From: an uncultured virus (IMG/VR IMGVR_UViG_3300035495_000309)
Taxonomy: Duplodnaviria > Heunggongvirae > Uroviricota > Caudoviricetes
Strand: one strand, 5' to 3'
DNA length: 64,000 nt
IMG/VR virus record: IMGVR_UViG_3300035495_000309
Below are positions 29,989-39,898 of this stretch, piece after piece. A program made the position numbers and the translations under genes. Position 1 is the first letter of the stretch; each line of letters opens with the position of its first letter. The notes below the pieces were generated by a model that ran no database searches, was not told where the DNA came from, and saw only the letters and a program-made list of their open reading frames with translations.

Positions 29989-31833
29989 CTAAGTTGTTAT
30001 TGGTCCGGGCTTAAACCGGAGTTTTAAAATTACCCCAGAACCGTACTGTTTTCCTTCGGTGCTGAGATCTTTAATCGTTTCAACGAATGGTTCACCAACC
30101 CAAGTCGTTCCTGTACGACCGAGATTTGAGTTATAAGTCTGGATATACTTTGCTGAAGAAACAGAGTTATATCCAAAGCAATTTACATTAAGATCTGTAA
30201 GAGCTGCTGGGTTCCAATCTTCTTTCCAAGAATATCCATAAGTAATATTCATAGAGTTCTTACTTACAAAATTTCCTGTTTCCCAAGAAAGTGCTGAATA
30301 AGGGACGTTGATTGGAAATACACCATAATATTTTGACCAATAGAGAATGGTCTCAAAATCCTCGGCAGTTACAATTACATGAACAGAAACTGCATAGTCG
30401 AGAATCTTCTTATAAATATACTGCGTTTTTGGATCCCAATTTCCATGATAGACATTGGAGATATACTGGATCCACATCTTATGAATTGCCATGACATCAT
30501 AATCACGGTCATCAACATAAGAAATATCAAATGTAGAAGCAACTTGGGAATCAAAGATTCCTTTTCCTAACTGAATACTGTAGTTCTGGAAGTTCTTGCC
30601 ATACTCTGCATACTTAATACTCTCATCTGTAAGGGAGAAACTTCCTGCCTTATTAGATAAGAAATACATAAAGTCGTCACCGTCTATATGGCAAAGCTGA
30701 TGTAACAGATTTGGTTTCTGCTTATGCTTATAATTAAAGAATGCATCCTTCTTGACTTTCGATACCAGATTACTGGATTCATCATAAAGATTTAAATCAG
30801 GTCTGGTAAAGAAGATATGCATGAATCCTTTGCTAAGCACATCATCGGGCATTGCTTTTTTAAAACGGTTATAGTATTTTGCGTTATAAGAAAAATTGCT
30901 CTTAAAAGTTCGAACATCTAAATCGTGAAGCGGATATATTGCTTTAATAGAATCGGTATCCACGATAGTGCTGTAATCATATTTGTATTGTGTCCTTCCT
31001 TTAGTATCCGTGTATTTAGTTGCTTTCGGATAGTTCTTCTGGTTCTGTACAACATTTGGTGAATGATTTGCAACGTCTTTTGCAAATTGTGTAAGATTGT
31101 CGCCATAAGCATCAACACGACCAGCATATGTGCTAACCGTTGATGATCCGGTTGTTTTATCTCCTGTCTTACTTGAACTTCTTGAAGTAGTAGGTAATGT
31201 CACCTTTGTTGTAGTAGTCGATTTCGTTGTACTCGATGTTCCAGAAGTGCTTCTTGCGGCACGACGCTTGCTGGTGGCTGAACCACCAACGGCTTTTTCT
31301 TTCAGTTCTACAACCTTTGCATTATCAACGGAACCATCCGTAAGGACAGTTCCATAGTGGAAATCAGAGATTCTGACATTTGCAAAATTATTTCGGTAAT
31401 TCTTATAGATGATATAACCATCTTTCCAGATTCCATCTTCATCCTGATAAGAAACAGATGCCCAGACGTTTGAAGAATCGTCTGTATAAAAAGAAAGATT
31501 TAACATGAGATGGTCATCTACATCTGCATGTCCAATTACTTTCGGGTTTCTCTTACTATCATAAATGGTAAGTCCCGAACGTGTCAAATCTACGACAACA
31601 GAATCAGAAGAAACTGTCTTCGTAAAATTCGCGGTATTTCTTATTTCATTATAGGCATCATAAAATAAACCGTCGTCTTTATTTAAGACATAACGATGTC
31701 CATTATCTATGATTTCATCATATTCGCTAAAAATGATATCTCCATTAAAATAACTGGAGATATCACCACCAAGGTCATTTCTAACTGCAATTTGATACGT
31801 GCCTGAGGTCCGTGTAAATTTGTAATAGTTCAT
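29989..31833 (-). CDS. Tail-tube-like baseplate protein (gp19/gp48/gp54 fold) with N-terminal extension and S/T-rich linker
   Basis: FDISYVDDRD...HKMWIQYI...YYGVFPINVP...ITYGY; ACA-N6-TAA at 31868-31879. Confidence 0.6.
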   Translation of the reverse strand: MNYYKFTRTSGTYQIAVRNDLGGDISSYFNGDIIFSEYDEIIDNGHRYVLNKDDGLFYDAYNEIRNTANFTKTVSSDSVVVDLTRSGLTIYDSKRNPKVIGHADVDDHLMLNLSFYTDDSSNVWASVSYQDEDGIWKDGYIIYKNYRNNFANVRISDFHYGTVLTDGSVDNAKVVELKEKAVGGSATSKRRAARSTSGTSSTTKSTTTTKVTLPTTSRSSSKTGDKTTGSSTVSTYAGRVDAYGDNLTQFAKDVANHSPNVVQNQKNYPKATKYTDTKGRTQYKYDYSTIVDTDSIKAIYPLHDLDVRTFKSNFSYNAKYYNRFKKAMPDDVLSKGFMHIFFTRPDLNLYDESSNLVSKVKKDAFFNYKHKQKPNLLHQLCHIDGDDFMYFLSNKAGSFSLTDESIKYAEYGKNFQNYSIQLGKGIFDSQVASTFDISYVDDRDYDVMAIHKMWIQYISNVYHGNWDPKTQYIYKKILDYAVSVHVIVTAEDFETILYWSKYYGVFPINVPYSALSWETGNFVSKNSMNITYGYSWKEDWNPAALTDLNVNCFGYNSVSSAKYIQTYNSNLGRTGTTWVGEPFVETIKDLSTEGKQYGSGVILKLRFKPGPITT

Positions 31834-31899
31834 ACTTTTAATTCACCTCACTTTATATCAAAGCCTGTTACTATACTGTTTTTCTGGTGAATTTCACAC

Positions 31900-31922
31900 G
31901 AATTTCATTTATATATTATCTA
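31900..31922 (+). promoter_or_regulatory. Early-type phage promoter
   Basis: AATTTCATTTATATATTATCTA; identical 22-mer at 32491-32512. Confidence 0.75.
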
Positions 31923-32004
31923 TTAGAATAGATGGTATGTAAATGGGTATTGTCTTATCTACTTACATTTAAATCCAAATAAACTAAAGAAAGGAAAAAG
32001 AGAC

Positions 32005-32259
32005 ATGAGAAAAATTAATGGGAAAGGAGATAGTACAGAAAAAGTATTGCGTATTATATTAGCAATTCTAATAACATTTTTCTGTACATTGGAAGCATTA
32101 TTCTTTGCAACAGCTATGCTATCATCAGTAGAGATTATTGATTCTGATTCGATACTCTATGTTTTACTAGCATTGGCAATAGTAGGTCTTGCAATGATTA
32201 TAAATGCTTATATTTTATGGAGGAGGTACGTTAATCGTGGGAAGAAAAAGAAAAGTTAG
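32005..32259 (+). CDS. Small two-helix membrane protein
   Basis: Two hydrophobic helices, basic tail, SD aagga. Confidence 0.7.
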   Translation: MRKINGKGDSTEKVLRIILAILITFFCTLEALFFATAMLSSVEIIDSDSILYVLLALAIVGLAMIINAYILWRRYVNRGKKKKS

Positions 32260-32485
32260 AAGGATTATGCAGGTTGAAAAAGATCATCCGTTTATCATGG
32301 CAATTGTATATGTCATAACTTTTACTGAAGAAATCGCTTCACTCATCATAGGTTTCTTTATGCTATTCAAACAGGAGTATGCAGGTGCAATCGTATTCTT
32401 TGCACTTCCGATTGCAATGAATGTCGTGTGGAATATAATATGGATGAAATATGAAGAGATAGAGATCGATGACTCTGACTTTTGA
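32237..32485 (+). CDS. Small two-helix membrane protein
   Basis: GTG after SD ggaggagg; two hydrophobic helices. Confidence 0.65.
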   Translation: MGRKRKVRRIMQVEKDHPFIMAIVYVITFTEEIASLIIGFFMLFKQEYAGAIVFFALPIAMNVVWNIIWMKYEEIEIDDSDF

Positions 32486-32489
32486 AATG

Positions 32490-32512
32490 AAATTTCATTT
32501 ATATATTATCTA
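32490..32512 (+). promoter_or_regulatory. Early-type phage promoter
   Basis: AATTTCATTTATATATTATCTA. Confidence 0.75.
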
Positions 32513-32544
32513 TATGATCGATAAAAAGAAAGGAGGTTTCATTT

Positions 32545-32793
32545 ATGGCTGAAATTAATGTGGAAACCCTCATCAAGGTAGCAAAGAAAGTTGGAGAAAC
32601 TGTTACAAGTGAGGAGGGACAAAGATTTCTCTGTGGTACTTATTCGAATGGAAAACCAAGAAGTTTTGTAGATGCAATGCGTGATGAATATGTCTCACCG
32701 AAGGATCGAGCAAAATCGGATAAGAAGAAAAAGAAGAAGAAAAAGAATAAGAAGAAAGGAAAGTCCAATAACATGGACATCTTCAAATTCTAA
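32545..32793 (+). CDS. Small basic protein with poly-Lys tail
   Basis: SD aaggaggt; terminator at 32800-32833. Confidence 0.75.
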   Translation: MAEINVETLIKVAKKVGETVTSEEGQRFLCGTYSNGKPRSFVDAMRDEYVSPKDRAKSDKKKKKKKKNKKKGKSNNMDIFKF

Positions 32794-32887
32794 AGAAGAA
32801 AGAGGGACAATCCGGAAGTCCCTCTTTTTTTTTTGTGTAAAAAAGGACCCAGAAGCTTTTTTGCCTCTGGGTCCGAAGAACAAGAAG

Positions 32888-33142
32888 TCAGATACTGTTC
32901 TTTTTGCGTATGAATACTTCTTCCTTGGTAGATACAACATCCACCAGAATGAACAGATTTTCTGCATCAATAGGTAGTGAGTAGACGATTTCAAGAATTT
33001 CTCTTTTTGTTTTATCGCAAATTACGATTTCGCCTTTTGATGATGTGTAGCGGATATCATTTTTAGCCAAGAGGGCACATATGGATTCCATAATATTTGG
33101 ATAGTCCTTCTTAGCTCGTTTAATTTTTTGCTCAATTGACAT
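32888..33142 (-). CDS. Hypothetical protein
   Basis: SD aaggtggtg. Confidence 0.7.
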   Translation of the reverse strand: MSIEQKIKRAKKDYPNIMESICALLAKNDIRYTSSKGEIVICDKTKREILEIVYSLPIDAENLFILVDVVSTKEEVFIRKKNSI

Positions 33143-33197
33143 CTACTTCACCACCTTTATTTTTTTCTTAACTTTTACGTTTTTCTTATATTAGAAA

Positions 33198-33911
33198 TTA
33201 AAATAACTTCCTGCCATACCATCGGTCAAGTTCATTCAACACAATGGCCGAATTATGAATACTCATCTTTACACTAAAATATTCACTATGATCCGTGCCA
33301 AAATTAGCGTAGAATAGTGGTGGCTTCGAAAATTTCTCCCGATAAAGTCTATCAACTTCTCTAAGATAAGGGATATTCCCACCATTGGAAATAAACACGT
33401 CTCGTGTTGTAAGAGATCTATTTGTCTTTGCAAACTGATAGATCTGATCAACGAGATCAGCCGGGGTGATGCTAGTTGGTGAAGCCACAAAGTTCGTTAT
33501 ATAAAGTGGATAATTACAATGTAAAGAAATTGGTTTTAGATCATTCTTACTGATCTTTGGGAAATTTGATGATATAATATCAGTCTTTCGAAATTTCTTA
33601 TCAAGATGTCTCCGGAAATCCAGATAACTGAAATCTACAGATTGAAGCATTCTGTATTCATCATCCAGTCGCATAACGTATGCACAACAAGACGGATTAA
33701 TATATCCTGAATACGGATACTTATCCTTATCTTTTTTTGGTAAAGTCAAATCCTTTAAAATATCAGTAACTTCACCGAGTTCATTTCGTTCAATCACATC
33801 TTTGATTTCATCAATTGATTCAAAGCCCATACAATACAGCATGGAATATTGGTTCTCTGTGTACCGACCATTCTGTAATTTTGTAGGCTTATAAATTACA
33901 ATCTTATCCAT
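33198..33911 (-). CDS. Hypothetical protein
   Basis: 237 aa ORF in operon. Confidence 0.7.
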   Translation of the reverse strand: MDKIVIYKPTKLQNGRYTENQYSMLYCMGFESIDEIKDVIERNELGEVTDILKDLTLPKKDKDKYPYSGYINPSCCAYVMRLDDEYRMLQSVDFSYLDFRRHLDKKFRKTDIISSNFPKISKNDLKPISLHCNYPLYITNFVASPTSITPADLVDQIYQFAKTNRSLTTRDVFISNGGNIPYLREVDRLYREKFSKPPLFYANFGTDHSEYFSVKMSIHNSAIVLNELDRWYGRKLF

Positions 33912-33926
33912 ACTTCACTTCTCCAA

Positions 33927-34592
33927 TCACTTAAGAAGAAGAATTGCCTTTAGGTTTTTCTCTTCTTCCTTTAATTCTTCAATCTTTTTCCTATCCTTAT
34001 TTTCAAGATAATTAGACATCTCCCTGCAATAATTGGAAAGTTTCATCCAGTATTCTGCTGGTTTCACATTCATTACTAAGTATGCTTCTGGGATATATCT
34101 AGCATCGGTGGCACCCTCACTAAAATGTGTTATAAATCGAGCTGAGACCCTGTTGATTCTATCCTTATGTGCAAATGCATCTTGTAAATTAAGATCAGGG
34201 GATGGTTTTCCTACAATAGCTGTAAAACTTGGTTCATCAGCTTCCAAGCTTTCTTCATACAACTCCTCTAATCTCGATATCTCTTTCTCAACATCCTGAA
34301 GTCTTGTTAATGTGTATAATGCATGTTCAGGATTGCGAAATCTTTCCTTTATTTTTTCTTCCTTTGTCTTGGTTGGATCTTTAAATCCTTTGACAAAAGG
34401 ATTATCAGTCTTTGCCATGAGGAAAAAAAGTAAGGCAGCAATAAAACATGCAGCTGCTATTAATAACTCAACTCTGTTTTCTTCAACTACACCAACGGAT
34501 GCTACCAAAATTCCTATTAGGAAAAATACAAGTGAAATTAATACGTTCACATCAAACCAATTCTTGCTATAAAACTTAAATATTTTCTTCAT
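33927..34592 (-). CDS. Membrane protein (two N-terminal helices, coiled-coil C-terminus)
   Basis: Hydrophobicity pattern; SD ggagtg. Confidence 0.7.
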   Translation of the reverse strand: MKKIFKFYSKNWFDVNVLISLVFFLIGILVASVGVVEENRVELLIAAACFIAALLFFLMAKTDNPFVKGFKDPTKTKEEKIKERFRNPEHALYTLTRLQDVEKEISRLEELYEESLEADEPSFTAIVGKPSPDLNLQDAFAHKDRINRVSARFITHFSEGATDARYIPEAYLVMNVKPAEYWMKLSNYCREMSNYLENKDRKKIEELKEEEKNLKAILLLK

Positions 34593-34594
34593 AT

Positions 34595-34822
34595 TTAATC
34601 ACTCCATATAAGAAATAAGAAAATAAAAAATCCAATAATAACACAGATTCCACCGAATAAAATCGATTTTGGATCTTCAACGGTCACACCTCCACCAATG
34701 ATGAGAGTACCACCAATCATTAATGCTGATGCAATCCCACACTTTACATCCTTCTTGACTACCGATGTAATCCTGGATTCTGCCCTTTTCTTATTCTTTT
34801 TATAAAATTCATATAGTTTCAT
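34595..34822 (-). CDS. Small membrane protein
   Basis: Two hydrophobic helices. Confidence 0.65.
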   Translation of the reverse strand: MKLYEFYKKNKKRAESRITSVVKKDVKCGIASALMIGGTLIIGGGVTVEDPKSILFGGICVIIGFFIFLFLIWSD

Positions 34823-34875
34823 ATCGTTTCTCCAAATAAAAAAAAAGAGGGAATTATAAAACTCCCTCCTTTTAT

Positions 34876-36942
34876 TTAACCTTCGTAAGTGCCAGCAGCC
34901 TTCTCGGCCTCAATCTCCTCACGGTATTTATGAAGTGGACTCATATCGATCCATTCTTTAAACATTGGATCGAAGTATCCAGTACCGTTTCTCTTAGAGA
35001 TATCGAGATTTGTCATCTGACGTTCCAGCTGCTCAAATGTCATACCAGTTGTTACTGACTCATTATTCTCAACGACCTTGGTAAGTCCATAGAACTTGTA
35101 ATCCGGTAATCTCGTACGACCAAAGTTTGGACGTTTTTGTACGTTATTCGGTTTGCGACAGAGACGATTTAACACAATCTCACCAGCAGCAACCGGTACA
35201 TTCATGTTACCTTCTACGAATATGTCAAGGAGTTTCTGACTAATCGTATCAATCGTAACTTCGTCCATATCCTCACGCTTCTCAGAATCAAGGAGAGCAA
35301 TGAGGTCATAAAATGGCTTGGTAAGCGGGTTGTTATTAATGGAGATCTCAAAGATTGGTTGATCCTCATCAATATCTTTCAGAGGAATATAACCATTATT
35401 TGCCTCCAGTATTGTAGAAGTTTCAGATCTGATATAGATCTTCTTTCCATTCAATACAGAAGCCTCAGTCATCTCACCAGTCTTTGTATTTACAATGTAG
35501 AATCTTCCCGTATCAATGTAAGTATTATAAGTGGAGTTTGGATCGAGCTCTTCTACTTTCTTAATCTCATCAGGCTCGATAAAGATTGCAAGCTCTTTCG
35601 CATTCTTAATTCCATCCAGTAACTTAATCTCTTCACCCTCCAACTTGAAGTTCTTGTTGAAAGCATCTGAGAACTCGATACGTTCAGACTTTGTAATCAG
35701 AAGATGTTTCGTCGATAAGACATTCTGTTCAACATCCTTTGACCACTGCTCTGTAATAAAAACTGAGAATCCCTTTGCGATATCGTAATTGTAATTTACG
35801 ATCTCTCCTACACAAACCGGGCATACACGATTCTGTCCACAGCAACAAGTCACTGCAGAACGAACCTTAATCTTCTTACCCACCAATTTTGAATTCTTTG
35901 TATCGACAAGCTTAAAATCATCCATATCTTCATCATACATATATTTCCCACGAAGAAGATTTAAGTGCTTGTGAGACTTGATTTCATACGTAACTGTGAA
36001 GTCTGTTCCACAGTTGTATTCCTTTGTCCAAATCTCTAAGCTACGAACTGCAAGGTTTAGGGTCTTACAGAAGTAACCTACAGGGCCCATCTCTTTATTA
36101 TTTGCGAGGACAGGTTTTCTTGCACCTAATGCATCAATATACATATAGGACGGACGATCTAATCCATCAATAAGAAGCCCGTTGTTGATTGGGTAAGTTA
36201 CGATCTCATTATTAAGAGTCGGTCGCATACCTACCATAATCATAAACTCTACAAGCTGCTTCTCTTTTAATCCTGTACCTGAACGAATCAGAACAGAGAT
36301 TGGATTATTCTTGTCATTTCGAATTTTCTCAATAAAACGAACCTGCACCTGATGAAGTTTATCTTCAATCTCAGCTGGCTGCTCGGTTCCTTCGAATTTT
36401 GTATTGATCATCTCCCGATATTCGGGATCCATATACATCTGCTGGAAGGTACTTTCATCGTAATGAAGTCCCATGATGATCGAAAAGTCTGTACTAACAG
36501 CAGCAACATAAGCCGTTGTCTTTGCACAGAATTTGTTAATATCAATATTCTTGACGTGATACTTACGGAGTACCGTCAAGATGTGTTCGTTAATAAAATC
36601 ATTTACCTTTGGTGTCTGTTCTGGTTGAATGATAAAAGAATCATCCATGAAATCAAGATCACCAAGTAACGAAAAAGGATACCAAATACAGATGTTATCG
36701 AGGAATAAACGAAGCTCTACTTTATACTTCTTTCCTCCCTCTGTAAATTTAAAGGTAACCGGATATTCACGACATTCTTCAATGTCAATACATCCCCGCA
36801 CGATATTCCAAATACGAGTAATGAATGATTCATATTCCTTTGGGGATGTCGTATATTTATCAATCTGATAAATCGGGTTTAAATATTCTCGCAACTGTTC
36901 GACAGTCTTAATGCGAGGTACTTCTTTGTTGATATCTACCAT
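34876..36942 (-). CDS. Phage multisubunit RNA polymerase beta-prime subunit, C-terminal half (probably the non-virion RNAP)
   Basis: VGMRP..PI..GL..GARK...GYF (bridge helix), CGT, VRSAVTC...VCPVCVG (Zn site), QNVLSTKH (trigger loop); lies downstream of an early-type promoter. Confidence 0.85.
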   Translation of the reverse strand: MVDINKEVPRIKTVEQLREYLNPIYQIDKYTTSPKEYESFITRIWNIVRGCIDIEECREYPVTFKFTEGGKKYKVELRLFLDNICIWYPFSLLGDLDFMDDSFIIQPEQTPKVNDFINEHILTVLRKYHVKNIDINKFCAKTTAYVAAVSTDFSIIMGLHYDESTFQQMYMDPEYREMINTKFEGTEQPAEIEDKLHQVQVRFIEKIRNDKNNPISVLIRSGTGLKEKQLVEFMIMVGMRPTLNNEIVTYPINNGLLIDGLDRPSYMYIDALGARKPVLANNKEMGPVGYFCKTLNLAVRSLEIWTKEYNCGTDFTVTYEIKSHKHLNLLRGKYMYDEDMDDFKLVDTKNSKLVGKKIKVRSAVTCCCGQNRVCPVCVGEIVNYNYDIAKGFSVFITEQWSKDVEQNVLSTKHLLITKSERIEFSDAFNKNFKLEGEEIKLLDGIKNAKELAIFIEPDEIKKVEELDPNSTYNTYIDTGRFYIVNTKTGEMTEASVLNGKKIYIRSETSTILEANNGYIPLKDIDEDQPIFEISINNNPLTKPFYDLIALLDSEKREDMDEVTIDTISQKLLDIFVEGNMNVPVAAGEIVLNRLCRKPNNVQKRPNFGRTRLPDYKFYGLTKVVENNESVTTGMTFEQLERQMTNLDISKRNGTGYFDPMFKEWIDMSPLHKYREEIEAEKAAGTYEG

Positions 36943-37000
36943 TATTCTCCTCCTAAAAGGAGTGTTGCCCAGATGGTTTCCAGGCAACACTTAACTCTTT

Positions 37001-37882
37001 TTAATCTTCAACTTTCCAGAAAGACTGCGCGAATGAACGAGCAATCTCATTGCTGAAGGAAACCAGCGTATCGGAATCTGTTGTACAGAATACGATTCTG
37101 GTTAAGATATCTTTCTTAGATACCGAGTCATTTAAGATCTTGCCCCAGATCTTTGCATATCCGTACGGGTCATCGCCCATGAACTTCGAATCAATCTCAA
37201 CATGAACGGAGCTGGATCCGAAATCCTTTAATACGGAAACAGTCTTCTCTACTGCAAACTTTACACTCTCCTCGAAGATATCCGGAGCCTTCTTTGCAAG
37301 CTTGCGCAGATTCTTTTCGGTTGCTACGAAGCAAATCACGAGATCAAAAGATCTTGCCTCTGTTGCAACGCCTTTCTTAATAGAATTGGTAAACAGTACC
37401 AGATTCGGAATTCGAAGAACGAACATATCCGGATACTGCGCCGGCTCAGCTGCCCACTTCTTTAAACGCTTCCAAGACTTCTCCGGAATGGAATCCATTA
37501 CCAACTGAAGATTGGTTCTTGCATAAAGCGGTTCCAGCTCATCAGACATTCCTTCGAGAATCTCCTCGATGTCTGCAATTGGAGAGATGAGAAGCATGGT
37601 CTGCTTTGCACCAGAGAACTTCAGAGCGTTCTCATAAAGTGACCAAGCGGTCTGTGCATAGGAAGTATCTACAACAAGACCACCAGCAGCATTACCGTTT
37701 GCCGCCTCTACTGCCTCTGTTACAGATACCGGCACCACTGAATCGATCGATGTTGCAACGATGCCATCTACAGACTCCTTTGAGAGATCTGTCAGCTTTC
37801 TCTCCTCGCCGTTAATCTTTACCAAGACTTTCTTTTCATGCTCCTTCAGCATCTTGCTGAAGGAATTCTTCTTTTTGCTCAT
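37001..37882 (-). CDS. Hypothetical protein, possibly a degenerate PARG-like macrodomain
   Basis: Motif order T.AA..L / LYARTNL / IPNLVLF / FDLVICF / VLKDFG resembles the DUF2263 family. Confidence 0.4.
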   Translation of the reverse strand: MSKKKNSFSKMLKEHEKKVLVKINGEERKLTDLSKESVDGIVATSIDSVVPVSVTEAVEAANGNAAGGLVVDTSYAQTAWSLYENALKFSGAKQTMLLISPIADIEEILEGMSDELEPLYARTNLQLVMDSIPEKSWKRLKKWAAEPAQYPDMFVLRIPNLVLFTNSIKKGVATEARSFDLVICFVATEKNLRKLAKKAPDIFEESVKFAVEKTVSVLKDFGSSSVHVEIDSKFMGDDPYGYAKIWGKILNDSVSKKDILTRIVFCTTDSDTLVSFSNEIARSFAQSFWKVED

Positions 37883-37941
37883 TTTATTTTTCCTCCTTAA
37901 ATTTTGTCAATTGGATTTATTTTTTGGTTAGACGGTTTCTA

Positions 37942-38418
37942 TTATTTCAAAACTGTCTCCCCAAAGAGATCTAAGAATATTTGGAATGTATTGAAAGGAC
38001 CTACCTTAGAATCTTTATTATCGTAGATTGCTTTCATATCATCAGAAATAAAGTCCAGAGCTTCTCGAATATCTTCCGTGAATGGAATATTTAGAAGTTG
38101 CTTTTGAAGCTCCATGGACTCATCGAATATTTGATCACATCGATATCCGATCTTATAATCTTCTGAATACGTAGTTGGTACTTCATAAGATTTTTCACGG
38201 TCGGATAAGATGTTCCAGAAAAGCATTTTGTCACTATTGTCAAATGCGAATTGTCGGGCCATTAAATCATCGAAACGTTTTTCACGCATCATAAAGATAT
38301 CCATATTCCGACTTGTTGCAAATGCATGGGCAAGTGGTGCATTCTCTGTGAATGCATAAATCTCCACTGGCTCATGTATTTTTACCTTGTAGAAAATATA
38401 GAATTTACGTTTAGCCAT
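37942..38418 (-). CDS. Hypothetical protein
   Basis: ATG overlaps the upstream stop. Confidence 0.7.
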   Translation of the reverse strand: MAKRKFYIFYKVKIHEPVEIYAFTENAPLAHAFATSRNMDIFMMREKRFDDLMARQFAFDNSDKMLFWNILSDREKSYEVPTTYSEDYKIGYRCDQIFDESMELQKQLLNIPFTEDIREALDFISDDMKAIYDNKDSKVGPFNTFQIFLDLFGETVLK

Positions 38419-38743
38419 AAAAACCACCGAGACCAATCTCATCCTTTTCTTTGAGAGATGCATTGTAAGATAACGCATCTTTCTCTATCATCGGTGCATG
38501 TCTTGCGAGTTCTTCCATTACGAATACTTTCTTTAACTTCCCTTCATCAATTTTCTCAACCCCCTTTCTTACTTTCTTAATTGCTTTTTCTCTCTTCTCA
38601 TACGTGATACGAGGATCATAATTAAGAAGTTTATAGTTCTCTAAATACGAGCTTAAGCACACAGATGCAAAATCTAATGCGCGATTTGTGAGAATGCCTC
38701 CCTTACAATAATCATCGGGATCTTTGTCTTTCTTACTCATCAA
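38411..38743 (-). CDS. Hypothetical protein
   Basis: SD aaggagg; first gene after an early promoter. Confidence 0.75.
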   Translation of the reverse strand: MMSKKDKDPDDYCKGGILTNRALDFASVCLSSYLENYKLLNYDPRITYEKREKAIKKVRKGVEKIDEGKLKKVFVMEELARHAPMIEKDALSYNASLKEKDEIGLGGFYG

Positions 38744-38779
38744 TTATCCTCCTTTGTAGTTATTTATCCATTCTCTATA

Positions 38780-38803
38780 TAGATAATATATAAATGAATT
38801 TCA
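38780..38803 (-). promoter_or_regulatory. Early-type phage promoter for the RNAP-subunit operon
   Basis: TGAAATTCATTTATATATTATCTA; preceded by a terminator hairpin at 38813-38843. Confidence 0.75.
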
Positions 38804-38866
38804 GGTATGAAAAACAGAGTGACTCGCTTTGAATCACTCTGTTTAGTAATTTTGTAAGTTGGTTGA

Positions 38867-39790
38867 TTAATCTGTATAAGATTCACCATAACCCTGACCA
38901 ACAAGGGCATCTGTTGTAAGGTCATTAAGAACAGACTCAAGAGCAATATCTGAATTGTCATCCTCTTTTGTCTCTCCTTCTTTTGGAAGATCATTAACCC
39001 ACTTCTCAAGAGCAGCCATGTAACGACGTTTCCAATTCGTATACTGCTTCTCCGGAAGTCCATTAATAATTTTAAATGAAGGTGGATCAACATAAATGCC
39101 GACACGGTTATCATCCTTCATAACTTTCTTTGACCAGCCATCCGGTACATTCGGGAAGTCATAGATCTTATCAAATACAACACGCGCAGTGGAGTAAAGC
39201 TTTCCATACTTTACACCGTCACGGTACCGGTCGGATTTCGATCTTGATGATGGATGTCCAGAACAAGAAGCCATAGTCTTATAACCCTTTTCGTTGAGCT
39301 TATCGATCATTGGCTTGATGTCATCATCGATGTGACGATCTCCACCCTCAGTAAATGCTTCATCACCATCTTCAAAGATTGCAGCTTCATTGCCCTCTTC
39401 AAATACCGGCTCATAAGAAGTCTTCATTCCACATTCTTTCATAAGCTGCTCGATCTCTTCAGCATTCTCCTTATATTCCTTTGCTAAAGGAGATGCTTCA
39501 TTCTTTGGAGCAGCATCCGGCTTAGACTCAGATTTTGATGAGTCCAGCTGCTGGTTTGTTGCCTTTTCTTTTTCCTCTTTCTTTAATTTAAGAGAATCAT
39601 ATTCGTTATCGACTGCTTCTGTTGTAAGAATATTCTTCTCATAAACTTCATCAGGCGCAGTAACCGGAAGCATAGCTCCGACTGCCTGACCATCTTCTTT
39701 TATAGCGCTCACGCCTTCTACCTCCGTTTCTACAGATTCATTTATATTATTACCCGTATTATCAAATAACTTTTCTAGGTCACCATCCAT
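38867..39790 (-). CDS. Probable head protein: acidic propeptide-like N-terminus plus TYW3-like domain
   Basis: IDDDIKPMIDKLNEKGYKTMASCSGH; ACA-N6-TAA at 39824-39835. Confidence 0.55.
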   Translation of the reverse strand: MDGDLEKLFDNTGNNINESVETEVEGVSAIKEDGQAVGAMLPVTAPDEVYEKNILTTEAVDNEYDSLKLKKEEKEKATNQQLDSSKSESKPDAAPKNEASPLAKEYKENAEEIEQLMKECGMKTSYEPVFEEGNEAAIFEDGDEAFTEGGDRHIDDDIKPMIDKLNEKGYKTMASCSGHPSSRSKSDRYRDGVKYGKLYSTARVVFDKIYDFPNVPDGWSKKVMKDDNRVGIYVDPPSFKIINGLPEKQYTNWKRRYMAALEKWVNDLPKEGETKEDDNSDIALESVLNDLTTDALVGQGYGESYTD

Positions 39791-39898
39791 AAGGATTTCC
39801 TCCTTCCTTTGGTTTGTTCTTGCTTAAAGAAATGTATTTTCGATTTCTTGGGATAAAAAAAGAAGCGCAACCATTTCTAGTCACGCTTCTTTCTTCTT

